DNA of 64,000 nt from Anthoceros angustus. Its lineage: Eukaryota > Plantae > Anthocerotophyta. Both the position numbers and the translations under genes were made by a program. The notes under the pieces were generated by a model, which did not search any database, was not told where the DNA came from, and saw nothing but the letters and a program-made list of their open reading frames with translations. Below, piece by piece: positions 38,057 to 51,100 of this stretch. The stretch's first letter is position 1. Each line of letters starts with the position of its first letter. The stretch is taken from contig VJWM01000172.1 of NCBI GenBank assembly GCA_010909165.1, positions 186,001-250,000 on the forward strand. Reading direction: 5' to 3'.

Positions 38057-41000
38057 ATGGCGAGCGTGGGTCTCCTCTTCCACCACGCCCGACCTCGGTA
38101 CTCTCTTATTATATCCCCTCCTGCACCTCCCTCGATCTCCTCCCCGCGCCCATGCGTTGTGGGCGTCGCGACTGCGGGATATTCTAATCCCACCTGCCGA
38201 TCGCGATCGCAGCTGCTGTCCGTGCTCGCACGCGCACGCGCCCGCTGCCGCGCCTGGTGTGCTTCCACCATGGGGGTGGAGAATTTGCATGCGGAGGCGG
38301 TGGCTGCGGCGCCTGCGACCGTGATCAAGGCGCCCTCTGATGAGCGGGAGTACGAGGTGCTGCGGCTGCGCAACGGCATTGTGGCGCTGCTGATTCACGA
38401 TCCGCACATAAAGGTTGCGGATGCCGATGCCCAGGAGCGGAAAGGCGGGAAGCGGCCGCTGGGGGATGTGGATGAGGAAGACGAGGATGATGATGATGAT
38501 GATGATGACTATGTGGTTGGGGAGGACGGGGACGTGGAGGCCGACGATGGGGATTCCTGGGTGACTGATGATGGGGATGCGCATGAGGGTGGGCACGTGC
38601 ACGGAGAGCATTGTACTCACGAGCTGCATGAACACTGTGACGAAATGGAGGATAGCGATATGGAGAGTGGGGAGGAGGAGGACAGTGATGAAGGAAGTGG
38701 GCCTGGCGGGGCTGGGAGCCTGGCTCCGACGAAGAAGGTTGGTGTTTCTCTGCTTGGAATCGGGCAAATTCAGTGGTGCGGTGAGCATGAATTGGTGTGC
38801 AGAGTCGTAGCTTGCAATCTGGATGTGGAGGATCGGAATTCGGTGGTGGGTTTAAACCCTAAACCCTCCTCTTGGTGCATCGTGAATTCCTGCTGACTGG
38901 AATTTCTCATGCAGGCAGCTGCAGCGATGTGTGTGGGTGTGGGGAGCTTTTCGGATCCGGCTGATGCTCAAGGTCTTGCGCACTTCCTTGGTAAGGATTC
39001 TGCCCTCTGACATCAGTGGATGCTGCATTAGTTTTCTGGTTTTGGATTGGTTGCCTTTGTTTTTTGACTCAATGTCTCCATTTTCGTTCTGGAATTCTGC
39101 AGAGCACATGCTGTTCATGGGCAGCGAAAAGTTTTCTGACGAAAATGAGGTGTGGAGCTGACTTATGGTGGATGCAAAGCCTTGAGTATTTCTGGCAATT
39201 CTGGTGTAGGCCCGTCGTTGGCTAACATGGAACTTGTTTTTGATGCCCTGCACGGTTGGCAGATCTGACCGACAACTTTACTGGCCTGGTCCTGCAGTAT
39301 GACACGTTCTTGTCACAACACGGGGGTGGGTCAAACGCTTTTACTGACACAGAGTTCACATGCTACCACTTTGATGTGAGTCACAACTACTTGAAACCTG
39401 CCCTTGACAGGTACAATCTCTTTCCGGATATGACCCAAAGAGCTGGTCTAGACAAGTGTTACGTAGCTTCGTGGTCTGATTGCTGTTGTGTGACCTGAGG
39501 TTCTTGTTCCCCTGTTTTAACAGGTTTTCACAATTCTTTATAGCACCCTTGGTTAAGGCTGATGCTATGGAACGTGAAGTTCAGGCAGTTGAGTCAGGTA
39601 TGCTGTAAATATTCGCAGGGTGACTGGTTTGAATCCCTGAACCACTGAGCATTACCTACATATTTCATAGTTTTCATCTTGATGAGTAATTGATTAGCAG
39701 CAGAAACTATCATTTTCCCAGCTATTGCATTGGCAGAGGCAGAGTCGAAGATTTCAGGAGGTCGTTGACGTGGAAGAATGCTGCTTGTGACAGAATTCAA
39801 TCAAGTTCTACAAAGTGATAGCGCCCGCCTCCTGCAGCTCCAATGTCACACGGCCCATCCTTCCCACCCGTTCCACAGTTTCTCTTGGGGTATGGATGGC
39901 CCTGAGTTGTCAGGCTGGCCACCATCACTGCTGCTTTTCTTCATGAAAATTATGTGTGCAGTGTTTTCTCTGGAGAAATCTCATTCTGAGCATGATGGCT
40001 GCAGGTAACCGCAAGAGTTTGAGTGACCCCGTGTCCAAGGGAGTGGACATGAGAAGCAAGCTGTTGGAGTTGTATAACCAGCACTATCTTGGTGGTCGTA
40101 TGAAACTAACCGTTCTTGGTGGAGGTGGGTGGTAAGCTCTAAGTAGCTGCAGTACATTTCTGGTTGCTGATGCCAATTTTTATGGTTGTAATGGAGAGGA
40201 ATTTTCCTGTGAATAGAGCCCTTAGCAACGCTGAAGAGCTGGGTCCTGGAGCTTTTTGACAAAGTACGTGATGGAGGTGATCAGCGGTTGCAATTTAGCT
40301 GGGAAGGGCCTATATGGGAATCTGGAAGAATCTACCGAGTAGAATCTGTCAAAGAGCAGCACCTGCTGTCTTTGATTTGGCCTCTGCCCTGTCTTGCTCA
40401 TGCATATCTAAAAAAGCCTCAAGACTACATTTCTCACCTTGTTGGACATGGTATAAACATTGATGAACCTAGCTCTTCATGGAGCCTACCTTTTCAGTTG
40501 TGTGTGTGTTTTACAATGCTTGTGTCGTTAATGTACTTACTCTTCTTCCTGAACAGAGGGAGCTGGAAGCCTGTTGTCACTCTTAAAATTGAAGGGTTGG
40601 GCGATAGGGCTATCGGCTGGGGTCGGAGAAGGCGGTCATGAACGCAGCTCTGTGGGCTACATCTTTAACGTTAATATTCACCTAACAGATTCAGGCCTAG
40701 TAAAGGTTTGTAGCTGTGGAGCTTTCTCCTGCACAGCTAGGTTGTATATTCTAGTACTTGTGGTGCTTTTGTAAGCCTTTTGCTTTCTGCCCCCAACATT
40801 GTTCATTGTTTTCCCTTTGTAGGTCCACGATGTTATTGGACTAGTGTTTCAGTACCTGAAGATGCTGCGGGAAGTTAAACCTCAGGAATGGGTTTTTCAA
40901 GAACTACAATCAATGGCTATGATGGAGTTCAAATTTGCAGAAGAGGAGTCTGCCGACAATTACACAGTGCGCTTAGCAAGTACAGCTTGAACCTCATTGA

Positions 41001-43709
41001 CCAACCCTGCCTATTACAAGGTTGATTTCCAGGTTTGTGTGCTTATCATTGTCATGAATGTGATCTTGTTTCATTCTGCAGCAAACATGACTTATTACTC
41101 AAAAGAACACATCATCTATGGTGATTATGCTTTTGAGGAGTGGGATGCTGCGCTGGTGGAAGAGCTGTTGGCAAGTATGACTCCCTTGAGTATGAGGGTG
41201 GATCTATTGACAAAGCCTTTTGATAGGAATGCTCCAGGTAATTGTGCTCGGCTTGTCATTGCCCCTTGTAAATGTGCTGTCAAACCAAGCTGTTTGAATA
41301 CCTTCTGAGTGTTTAGCGACACTTGTAATTGTCACAGAGGTGCTTGGTTATTGGATCTTCGAACTATAACTGAGAAGTCTACTCACTTGTTGCTGACACT
41401 TTTTTCTTGGTGACATCAGATGTGCTATATGAACCGTGGTTTGAAGTCCCTTACACTGTGGAGATCATCTCTGCTGACATGTTGGCAGCCTGGGCTGATC
41501 CCCCTCATGTGGATGGAGCATTGCGTATGCCAGTGGTGAATGAGTTTATACCCCGCGACTTCAGTCTGAGGTGTGAGGACAATGCAAATTCAGTTTCAGA
41601 GGTCTCCGATGTGCCAAAGGTTATTGTGGATGAGCCTTGCCTCAAGTTATGGTACAAGATGGACACAACCTTCAAGACTCCCCGTGCAAACACATACTTT
41701 TCAGTAACAACTAAGGCAGCTTCAGAAAATGTTCGAGCATCAGTGTTGACAGACTTGTATCTGAAAACACTGGAAGATGACTTGAATGAAACTATCTATC
41801 TGGTATGTCTTTCCCACATCCTGCAGTGTGTGAGTGCGTTTGACCCTTGCATGTGAGTGGTTTCAGTTTGCGAGTAATCCAACTGTAAGGGATTCTGTCC
41901 TGTCTTTTTTCCAGGCCAATGTTGCAAAGCTGGAATCCTCTCTTTCAGCTGCTGGTGATAAGTTGGAAATTAAACTATATGGGTTCAATGAAAAGCTCCT
42001 TGTCTTGGCAAGGAAGATTGGCGAGAGGATCAGCGCACTGTCTCCTAAAGCTGATCGCTTTCAGGTTTTGTTCAGTATCCTCTTAGGATGTCTCTGCAGA
42101 CCAGCTAAGCTAAGAAAGGGGGCTATGTGAATTTCACGGGAGTCAATTGTTTAGACGCTAATGATACCATGACTGGGATCGATAACAGATAGCCAAGGAG
42201 GAGTTGGAGAAAGTGTATCGCAATGCGAATATGAAGCCCTTGAAGCACTCTAGCTATTTGCGTCTAAAGGTGTTGAAGGAGAGGTTTTGGTGTGTTGAGG
42301 ACAAGCTCGAAGTTCTCTTGACTTTAGGTCTGGCTGACCTGGCTGCTTTTATTCCTCGCCTTTTTGAACAGGTAGTTGCTCCTTGTGTGTCTCTTCTGTA
42401 ATTCAAAGTCTTTCTGCAGGACATTGGAGGTAGCCTCTTCATATGCCTCAGTATCCTAACTGATTTGTTTCTGTTCATTGCAGACTTACATTGAAGGGCT
42501 TTGCCATGGTAATTTAACCAGGGATGAGGCTGTCAGCATTGCTAACACGTTTAAAACGTATCTGGTTGCCCAAGAACTTCCAGAGGAGTCGAGATATCGT
42601 GATACAATTATCAAACTACCTCTTGGTTCCTCATTTATTTACTCAACAAAGGTCAAGAATGAATCAGAAGAGAACTCGGTTGTTGAGGTATGGCCAGTAC
42701 ATGTTTGGCCACCATTCAGCTTGCAGGACTTGGGCTCTTTAATAATGCCCCATATCTTGCAGGTGTACTATCAAGCTGACCAAGATATGGGTGAGAAGTC
42801 AATACGATCACGGGCATTGGTTGACCTTTTTGAGCAACTTGCTTTTGAACCGTGTTTCAATCAGTTGAGGTAATTACTGTCCCGGCTTTAAGACTAGCAA
42901 GCTCTTCTCTTGTCGTGAGCCTGTTCGACAGTCTGGCTGACGAATTGCTACTTCTGCAGGACCAAAGAGCAGCTCGGATACCGAGTGGATTGTGGAGTAC
43001 GGGTAACATACCGAGTCCATGGCTTTTGCTTCCGCGTGCAGTCAGCAAAGTATAACCCTGCGTTCCTTCAAGAAAGAGTTGATGCTTTTACGGCTGACTT
43101 GAAGCGGATTCTGGTATGCAGTTTTTGTTCTTTGCTCGTGTTTACCTCACGACTGCTGCAGCCGATGCACCCTTGACTCGTTTGTTGAACCAACAAGGCA
43201 AGTTTCTGGTGTGCAGGATGACATGGAAGATGATGAGTTCCATAAATACAGGGAGTCTCTTATTGCTGTGAAACTAGAAAAGGACCATTCTTTGGTGAAT
43301 GAAACGGAGCGGCATTGGGAGCAAATATGGGATCAGCGGTATGGCTGTAGCAAATGAATCTTCTGCACCCCCTTTAGCAAGTGAAACCCCGCCACTACCT
43401 TACGGATCTTCCGTTCTTGAGCGTGTATGTGGTTTTTTATTATGTTCTTGGGTTGTCTTCAGGTACTTATTCGAGTCAAGGAAGCTGCTGGCTGCCGATG
43501 TGGGAAACATCTCGAAGTCAGACATCATTGATTGGTACAACAAATTTTTGGACGTGGGCTCACCCTCGCGCAGGAAGCTCATGGTGCATATCTGGGGCTG
43601 CAATACTAAACCAGACTCCAACTCGGACAAGGCGAGCGATAGCACAGTTTCTATTGAAGACATCGCGGCATTCAAGAAGAGCAGCGAATTTTTTGGCCGT
43701 GTAGGTTAG
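38057..43709 (+). CDS. Nardilysin-like M16 metalloendopeptidase (multi-exon)
   Basis: IKAPSDEREYEVLRLRNG, acidic insert, GLAHFL|EHMLFMGS (HXXEH), SNAFTDTEFTCYHF, KLWYKMDTTFKTPRA, QLGYRVDCG, F..SSEFF. Upstream ATG 38057 adds a transit-peptide-like leader; a second ATG lies at ~38270. Confidence 0.93.
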
Positions 43710-44331
43710 GGTTCGCGGTCGTCGTATATTCTTCAGCCACTATTTTTTGTGCCCTGTTGGCCGGACACATTTTTTGAAATACGAAGACTTCCGAAGGGAA
43801 GTGTGGCCAGCCGCCATGTGTGTTTCAGATTCCGCCTCGTTTGATGTCCTCCCAACAATGTTATACGGCAACCTACGCAAGAACCACGAACAAGAAACAA
43901 AGATGTTTCAACGGAGCCACGTGCCGAAGACAGCCAGTTGCAGGCCGCCAGGTCCGGGTGTTCATCTGTTGGACAGCTGGGCCTCTCTGACAAGTAGTGG
44001 ACAGGTGGCAAATAAGCAAGCACAGCGGAGACCATAAAGACTGCGCTCTCACTTCGCTAGATGCATTCAATCTCATCTCTTTCGCATTCAATTCTTCTTT
44101 CAGCGCACTTCCAAGCTCTGCACTTTCTGGGATACATAGAGAAGTGGCTTTCCTCAATCCTACAGAGCAACTGTTTCAGGAAGCGTGTGTCCCTCGTACT
44201 TGGCAGGAAGGAAGGTCTTCAATCTCTGGCAGGGGGAACTGCGCTGCAACCTGAGCAGGAGGAAGAGTGACGTTAAGCATTGCGGTTCAGCGGACAAGGA
44301 AGGCCTTCGAAGTGGAAGCTTGCTAGCGACA

Positions 44332-44556
44332 ATGCCGTACATTCCTTGCTGCGTGCAATGCGGCACCCACCAGAACTCCTGTGGATGCAAGGTGGTTGGC
44401 CCGACTGTTGGGTTTGTGGCCTTCGCAGTGGCCGCGCTGGTGGAGTGGCCTGTGGGTGCTGTTGTCTGGCTCTTCAAGCATCATAAGGGGCGCCGCATCA
44501 TACGCCACCCTGCCAACATCGTCTACCCCCGCGTCAGCAACGCCATCCCCATTTAA
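44332..44556 (+). CDS. Small 74-aa Cys-rich membrane protein of an uncharacterised plant family
   Basis: MPYIPCCVQCGTHQNSCGCKVVGPTVGFVAFAVAALVEWPVGAVVWLFKHHKGRRIIRHPANIVYPRVSNAIPI. I recall this pattern from conserved small plant proteins but did not verify it by search. Confidence 0.7.
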   Translation: MPYIPCCVQCGTHQNSCGCKVVGPTVGFVAFAVAALVEWPVGAVVWLFKHHKGRRIIRHPANIVYPRVSNAIPI

Positions 44557-44810
44557 ATGCATCAAATGCAAGACTGGAAGGACAAGGCCCCAAGGCCCCA
44601 TCTCGGCAGAGTCCCAGAGCTTAGGAGTGACCAACATTCAGGACATGCGCAATACTCGCAGGGAACCTTTCATTGCCTTGCAGAGCATCTGCTTGGGACC
44701 TGTACAGTAGGCTGACTGTATCAATAAAGGGGCATAGTTGCCAATTGCACAATTCAGACACGTTTCCTCGCTCACCCTTGCACCTTCCATGACCTCGGCC
44801 TGTTTGCAAC

Positions 44811-46136
44811 TTACAGCTCCACGGGCAGACAATGGATTATAGAAGCCACAAGAAAATCACAGGGCGCTACATCTGACCACACCACCCTCCCTATGATGTC
44901 GTCTTGCCGCACCTCCCCTAGCTCTAAAGCTGTAGTCACTAGCTCAGACTGCCTCCTCAACTCCCTCTTGCTTGGCCCTACCACATACAGCTTCCCCTTA
45001 CTGCCAGCAAGAATTGGCCCACATTTCAACCTGGGTAGCTTCTTGCCGCTGTCCCTCAAGTTGAGCGCCCTCCACAAATCCATGCCAGGATCATAGCCTA
45101 GAATATCGTTCCAGTGATTAGAACAGAAGAGAAAATTCCTGGCAATGGCTGCCTTTCCCTTCCACCCACTCTCCAGATTCCTTGAGATGGGCTCCCAGAG
45201 GTCCAACCCAGGTTCGAACACTATCCCTCCCGAGTCCGAGAAGCAGTATATCCTTCCTCCCAACACCACGCTCCCGTGCATCCACCGAGATCTAACTGCA
45301 GGACCACTCTGCACTACACTCCACCTATTGGTCTCCGGATCATACACCTCTGCCCAGGCATGGGAGCCCGCCCAGCACCCTCCAAACACGTAGATCTTGC
45401 CCTCCACTGTACCAGCCGCAGGAAACTCTCTGCGTACCCGCATCGGAGGCCCTAAAGCCCACTCACCCTTCAAAGGGTCGAATACCCACACTTGCTTGGA
45501 AGCAATGCCTCCCCGCAATCCTCCCATCAGAAAAACTTTAAAATTCACAACGGAGCATGCAGCACCGATAGGATGCCCGGGCAGGGACGGCAGCACACGC
45601 CAGCGCTGCTGCGAGACCTCAAAAGCTCTCCAGTGGTAACTCCCCTTGAAATCTCTCAACATTACGTACAGCCATTCTTCACAAAGGCCTTGCGAAGCCC
45701 TGAGGTAAAAAATGTTGGGATGCGATGAAGAACTCAGCATGTCCCGCCATGCCCTGCAAACCCCTCGCAGAACTCCATGAAAGTAGAAGGGAACCCGGAT
45801 CAGGCACTGCAGCGCCAAATCGTAGGGCAACCCTGGAATCAGCTCCTGGCAGCCCTCCCCTCCTCTGCTCGGCGCCCTCGGCGGGGCAACCTCGGCCCGT
45901 CTTGCAAACCCTAGCGCATCATCGTCCACAAACTCTCCAACCGTCTCCTGCAATTCGTCAGCCACTGTCTGCAGGAGCAAGGTCGTTTCCCGCAATGCGG
46001 CCTTGTGATCCAGGTCGAAGCTCGTGGAGCCCTCCCAGCCTCCTACATCCGGAACGCTCTCCAAGCATCTCCCAACCACGGTGTCGTCTCTTGACGCCAG
46101 GCCGATTCTCCCCTCACCCTCGCCTGCCATTGGCAT
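44811..46136 (-). CDS. F-box/kelch-repeat protein, intronless
   Basis: LIPGLPYDLALQCLIRVP F-box, then kelch repeats (VFLMGG, VYDPETNRW, IYVFGG). ATG at 46136 or 46130. Confidence 0.92.
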   Translation of the reverse strand: MPMAGEGEGRIGLASRDDTVVGRCLESVPDVGGWEGSTSFDLDHKAALRETTLLLQTVADELQETVGEFVDDDALGFARRAEVAPPRAPSRGGEGCQELIPGLPYDLALQCLIRVPFYFHGVLRGVCRAWRDMLSSSSHPNIFYLRASQGLCEEWLYVMLRDFKGSYHWRAFEVSQQRWRVLPSLPGHPIGAACSVVNFKVFLMGGLRGGIASKQVWVFDPLKGEWALGPPMRVRREFPAAGTVEGKIYVFGGCWAGSHAWAEVYDPETNRWSVVQSGPAVRSRWMHGSVVLGGRIYCFSDSGGIVFEPGLDLWEPISRNLESGWKGKAAIARNFLFCSNHWNDILGYDPGMDLWRALNLRDSGKKLPRLKCGPILAGSKGKLYVVGPSKRELRRQSELVTTALELGEVRQDDIIGRVVWSDVAPCDFLVASIIHCLPVEL

Positions 46137-46823
46137 AAGCAAGGGATTTCCCGCTCCTCGATTTTTGTCACCAAATTACTCGCCAAAATCTCTCCTCACT
46201 TGCAAATGATAATGCGAAGCCATGACACACACAATTGCAGCGATGAGGAATTGGATGCAGGATACCTAATCAGCCATGGAAGATTTTGCCCTACCGTACG
46301 AAGCGGGTTGCAGCAGCGCAGCTGGGAGAGTGGTGCACCATCGCTCTGGAGGAAAACACAAGAAAATTTCACCTTCCGCTCCCATGGCAGAGGCAGGACG
46401 CTCCGGAATCCACAATCAGAAGGGCCAACGGACAGGGCAGAGGTCGGGTAGGATCCGGAGGAGCTCGGCCGATCAGTCGCGCAATTCCGCTTCCCGATGC
46501 CGGCCCCCGCGCGACCGACGCGAAATGCCCTACGCAAAATGCTCGTACGCAAGTTTCGCCAGGGGTTTCGCCGGTTAAGTTCTCGGGCTCGCGTTCGCAA
46601 CTGTCTGAACTGCTCGTCTTGGCGCGGCGTGGAGGGTGGAGGAAGCTGAACCTGCCCATCGGCGTCTGCTTGCTTGCGGCGTGTTGTCACCCGCGCCTGG
46701 CTATGGTCTCGGCCAGACCCCTGTCGCTCAGTCGGATTTCTGCGTGCAGGACGCGGCATGGCCTTCGTCTGGCTATGGAGGTCGACCGGGAGGGACCCAA
46801 GGCTGACCAAGAGAGCGAGGACC

Positions 46824-48524
46824 ATGGCTGATTTCCTGGAAGAGCTCCCGGATCGAGCTGCACCCAAACCCTATCTGCATCGGCCCCAGCTACTTGTGGC
46901 TGCTCGATCGCTGCCGTTTGTAGCTTCGAGTTGCTTCCCGAGCCCCGTCAACCAGAGTGTCAGGTGTACAGAGCTCTTGACCTGCGTCAAGCATCTCCCA
47001 ATCTGGCAGGAGAGTCGTTGTCCAGTGTCATACCCGTCTGCTGGATGTTCTGTTCATGGCGGAACAAGTAGGTTTTTTAGTGGAGTAACTGGCCAAGGTC
47101 CCGGAGATGCAGGTGCAGCACCGGTACCCTCCCATGAAGTTGTGCTGCGCTATGGTCCTTTCCGCGACGACGTTAGGATCGGGAGGTATAAGATGGGAAA
47201 GACTCTCGGGTCAGGAAGCTATGGCTTGGTCAGGGCGGGCTTCAATGCCGAGACGGGGGATGTGGTGGCCGTCAAGATTATGAATAAGAGAATGGAGGCA
47301 TTTAAAGTGGCTCGTTGTAAGGACCAACTCCGTCGGGAGATCTTTGCAATGACTAAGGTGTCTCATCCGAACATTGTCCAGCTGCTGGAAGTGATGGCTT
47401 CCAAGGAGAGGATCTTTTTGGTGATGGAGCTTGTGCCCGGTGGAGATCTGGAGAATAGTGTGCGAGCCAGACCGCAGAAGCTAACCGAGGCCCAAGCAAG
47501 ACGATACTTCCAGCAAATTCTGACGGCAGTGGACTTCTGCCACCTGAAGGGCGTGTATCACAGAGACCTGAAGCCTGCGAACGTTCTTTTGGATGCGGAT
47601 GACAACGCCAAAGTTGCAGATTTCGGGTTGGGCGCCCTAGCAGACACAGACAACATGACGTATTTCACGGCCGACCTCTTACTGAAGTCGCAGGTTGGAA
47701 CTCCTCTGTTCATGGCTCCGGAGATCCTTGATTACACAACGAAACCGCAGGAGGGTAGTGCAGCGGGCTACAGCGGAGCCAAAGCTGACGTCTTCTCTTG
47801 TGGAGTTATCCTGTACTATCTACTTTCAAAGCAGGTCCCGTTCAGTTGGAGGGCTTCGATGCCAGAACTTCAGCGCCACAAGTTGCAAGCACAGTACCCT
47901 CCCTGGCCCACGGAGATCTGTGCCGACGCTCGGAAGCTTATTACCAGCATGCTACATCCCATCCCTGCCAATCGCATTGCGATGGCATCGATCTTCAAGG
48001 ACAGATGGTTCACGCAGGACTTGCGGCCTTCGAACTTCCGGATGGTGAAGAAGGTGGCCGCCAGCCTTGAGGAAATCGACAAAGCCTTCAAGGAACCGCT
48101 CCCCCTGGATCGTAGCAAGCTGAAGCCGGCCAAGCCTAATGCATTCGCTTTGATAGCGGGTGCACCAAGCTTCAATCTGGGACACATGGTACAAGACAAG
48201 CACACAGAATGGGAGGAGAGGCGATATATATCGAAGCTCCCAGCTCTCGAGATTCTGGGGAAGATTGCAGATACTGTGTCGCGTTTTGGCTACAACGCTC
48301 AATGCAGAGGATACAAAGTAAGGTTGGACGCAGCAGTGCCTAGCCGGCAAGGACCGCTTTGCATCTTAGCAGAAGTGTTCCAAGCAGACGACGACCTCGT
48401 CATCGTGGAGGTCCGCAAAGTGGTTGGGGATTCCAAGGAATTCAAGATCTTCTTTATTAAGTTCACTACGGCACTCGAGAATGTCCTCGAGCTTGTTGAA
48501 TGGACTCCAGACTTCGAAGATTAA
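46824..48524 (+). CDS. CIPK: CBL-interacting protein kinase (SnRK3), intronless across the kinase, NAF and C-terminal domains
   Basis: RYKMGKTLGSGSYGLV, VAVKIM, HRDLKPANVLL, DFG, MAPE, NAF motif KPNAFALIA and C-terminal KA1-like domain in one ORF. Start uncertain (46758 or 46824). Confidence 0.88.
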   Translation: MADFLEELPDRAAPKPYLHRPQLLVAARSLPFVASSCFPSPVNQSVRCTELLTCVKHLPIWQESRCPVSYPSAGCSVHGGTSRFFSGVTGQGPGDAGAAPVPSHEVVLRYGPFRDDVRIGRYKMGKTLGSGSYGLVRAGFNAETGDVVAVKIMNKRMEAFKVARCKDQLRREIFAMTKVSHPNIVQLLEVMASKERIFLVMELVPGGDLENSVRARPQKLTEAQARRYFQQILTAVDFCHLKGVYHRDLKPANVLLDADDNAKVADFGLGALADTDNMTYFTADLLLKSQVGTPLFMAPEILDYTTKPQEGSAAGYSGAKADVFSCGVILYYLLSKQVPFSWRASMPELQRHKLQAQYPPWPTEICADARKLITSMLHPIPANRIAMASIFKDRWFTQDLRPSNFRMVKKVAASLEEIDKAFKEPLPLDRSKLKPAKPNAFALIAGAPSFNLGHMVQDKHTEWEERRYISKLPALEILGKIADTVSRFGYNAQCRGYKVRLDAAVPSRQGPLCILAEVFQADDDLVIVEVRKVVGDSKEFKIFFIKFTTALENVLELVEWTPDFED

Positions 48525-49744
48525 ACTTCTATGATGCTTAGAGGTCTGACTACCTTTTTCACTGAACTGAACTGAACTAAAGATCGCAATGTCTCATAAG
48601 ACGGACAGATACCACCTCGTAGGGTAGTTTATCTCTGTACAAGGTGCGGACAACCTAATGCATTGTTGGGTACCAAATTCGTGATGGAAGCTGCGCATCT
48701 GGTCTCAGCATGACTGTCTTGCCTCGGAAATACTTATCGTGGAACAGGTCGTCCACAAGCCTGCGACGCCACTTGCATCGGGCGGCACGTCTAGTGCGAT
48801 CCTCACCTCAAGGGTAGGGATGACCATGCCCTTATCACAAAACTGATTTCTAAGTAAAGAATGCCTGCTGCTGGCCTGGCTCTAGGGGATTGTTAGTCCC
48901 GGCATGTTAAACACCGCTCAAGGAGACCCCGCATGATGTCTTCACTATGTGCAATTTGCGCGTAGTTGTAGTCGCCCGGAAACATGTATCTCGGGTGCGT
49001 TTTCTTTTAACGTGTGTTTCTTAGTACACTTTATTTTTGTATGAAGAGTCCAAAGGCACACAAGGCAATGAAAATTTCGAAGAAAAGTTTGAAGATACAT
49101 AAGGTAAGATCTCACCATGCTGCTGTGCACGAAACTGATAACATTATCACAGAGGGCACTAGGTAGTAAGTTCATAGCCTTCATATACGTGGACCGAGTC
49201 AGGTGACCCGTGGAAAGTAATCGCATGGAATTGGTAGGAAAAACCGAAAAATGATATTTAAGAGTGATGTGTTTGGGCGGTGCAATCCACGTTCCATTGC
49301 GAAGGTCGTTGGCAGAGGAAAGGAGTTGGCGGCTAAGGCTACCAACGAACGGTAGGCCAAAAGGGTTGACAAAGTGGCCAGGGACATAAATGTGATGGTT
49401 GCCATGCGGGTTCAGCTGTCGAACTAGGGTGGTGAACAGACGGAGTGCATGACACGTAGTGTGGTAGGCATGCGGCAAGAGAACTGCAGCTGCCAATTGC
49501 AGAGGCTGCATGCAGGGCAAATCGGCGGGGGCGTAAATTGGGAGGCTCGATGCGGGCCGTTGCAGGCAAAGACGGTGGCAGACAGGATTTCGCATTAAGA
49601 ATCCATACCTGCGGCGACATGCGGAGTCAACAATAGGAGGACAGCGATGTCACCCCTGTCGTGAAGCGTGAAAAGTTTGGGACTACCGGTGTGCCGAGTA
49701 TGAGCTTGTCCCGGTGCAACTCCACCAATCTTAGCTGTGAGGAC

Positions 49745-49910
49745 TATGGGACTGCCTTGTCCCATGGGTGGGGCGATCCGGCGATCCGGTATGGGGCTGC
49801 CATGTCCCAAAAGCCCGGGATCCGGCGATCCGGCGGTGGGGCTGCCATGTCCCATGGGTGGGCTGTCGGCGATCGGCTATGGGGCTGCCATGTCCCATGG
49901 GCATCTGGTT
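49745..49910. repeat. Cluster of GGGGCTGCCATGTCCCA / GCGATCCGGCGATCC motifs
   Basis: Four ~40-bp degenerate units. The same motifs recur at 52066-52225 and, decayed, at 50640-50790. Confidence 0.85.
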
Positions 49911-51100
49911 GCTCCTTGCCTCCTTACCGGCGCACTTATCGTCACTCCGATTCGGGGCTGCATGCCGAATGGGGCCAAAGTTTGGCGATCCAGTATGAGT
50001 CCGCCACAAAGGGTCCCCTTGCAAGAACAAAATATCTTTGAGAGCATCTGCTCCTATAGAATCTCGCGATGTGTGCCGAGCCTCGAAAATTGCACAGTTG
50101 AGGGTCCTCCACCTTCCATGGTGTCGGAATCCTCCGAAAGATCAGTTGATTCTGATCTTGTCCCTGTAGGACTCGAATTGGGGCAAGTTTGTCCCAGTTG
50201 ATCTCCCCGCAAGGAGTCGGATGAATCTTTGCCGGCGCTGAGATTTGAAAATGGAGACCAGCTGGTTGTTGTCTCCAAGGTGGCAGGTGGCGTGCCAAGC
50301 TCCTGTAAACCGCTTGCCAACTCCTCCTGTGCTTGCTGTTGATGTTGGAAAGAACGCCTTCTTCTGGCCTGTGCCCGCTCAGGAGTGGTTCGTTGATGAA
50401 TGTCTCGTGTCCTCAAACGGTAGCGAGGACTGGCCTCATGTCCCTCGGGGTGCATCACCCATATGGCTAGCGCATGGAATTAGCGTGACACTCCCAAAGA
50501 TGTAAAGGAACAACGGATCCCCTCTACACACTCCACTCCAATCAAGCCTGATGTGAGCACTCCTCCTAACAGTCCTGGCAAAGGGGACTGTACTGTCCCT
50601 ACGCTAAGATTGTTTCAGTAGTCCCAGCGTTGGATTGGGACTGCCCAGCAGATCCGGCGGTGGGGCTGCCTCGACCTGCCAGTGGGCTGTCCCATGATCG
50701 AACGTGTAGGGACTGTCTCAAGCTATGTCCCCAAGCTGGGACTCTCCCAGCAGTCCCAATGTATGGGGCAGTCCCGAGTATGGGACAATCCCAGATCTTT
50801 AGAGATCAGCCCAAAACAACGCCTACAGGCCTGAATCACCAAGGACACCTACAGCTATCTCAGCTAGCATGCTCTTAGCCACGTCTACATGTATAAACAC
50901 ACAGCCATATGTAGCTAGATCTAGAAATTTTGGCTGAGCAAGCAATAGAAATGGGACAGACCCACAAATTTTGTCCCTAGCTGTTGGACATGACTGTAGC
51001 ACGCCTAGGCTAGGAATCTTGGGTGCAAGATCTGCAACTGGAAATGGTCAGCAGGTACGTGAAGGACCACCTATCTCGGTTAGCTCAAAAAAATCCTAGC

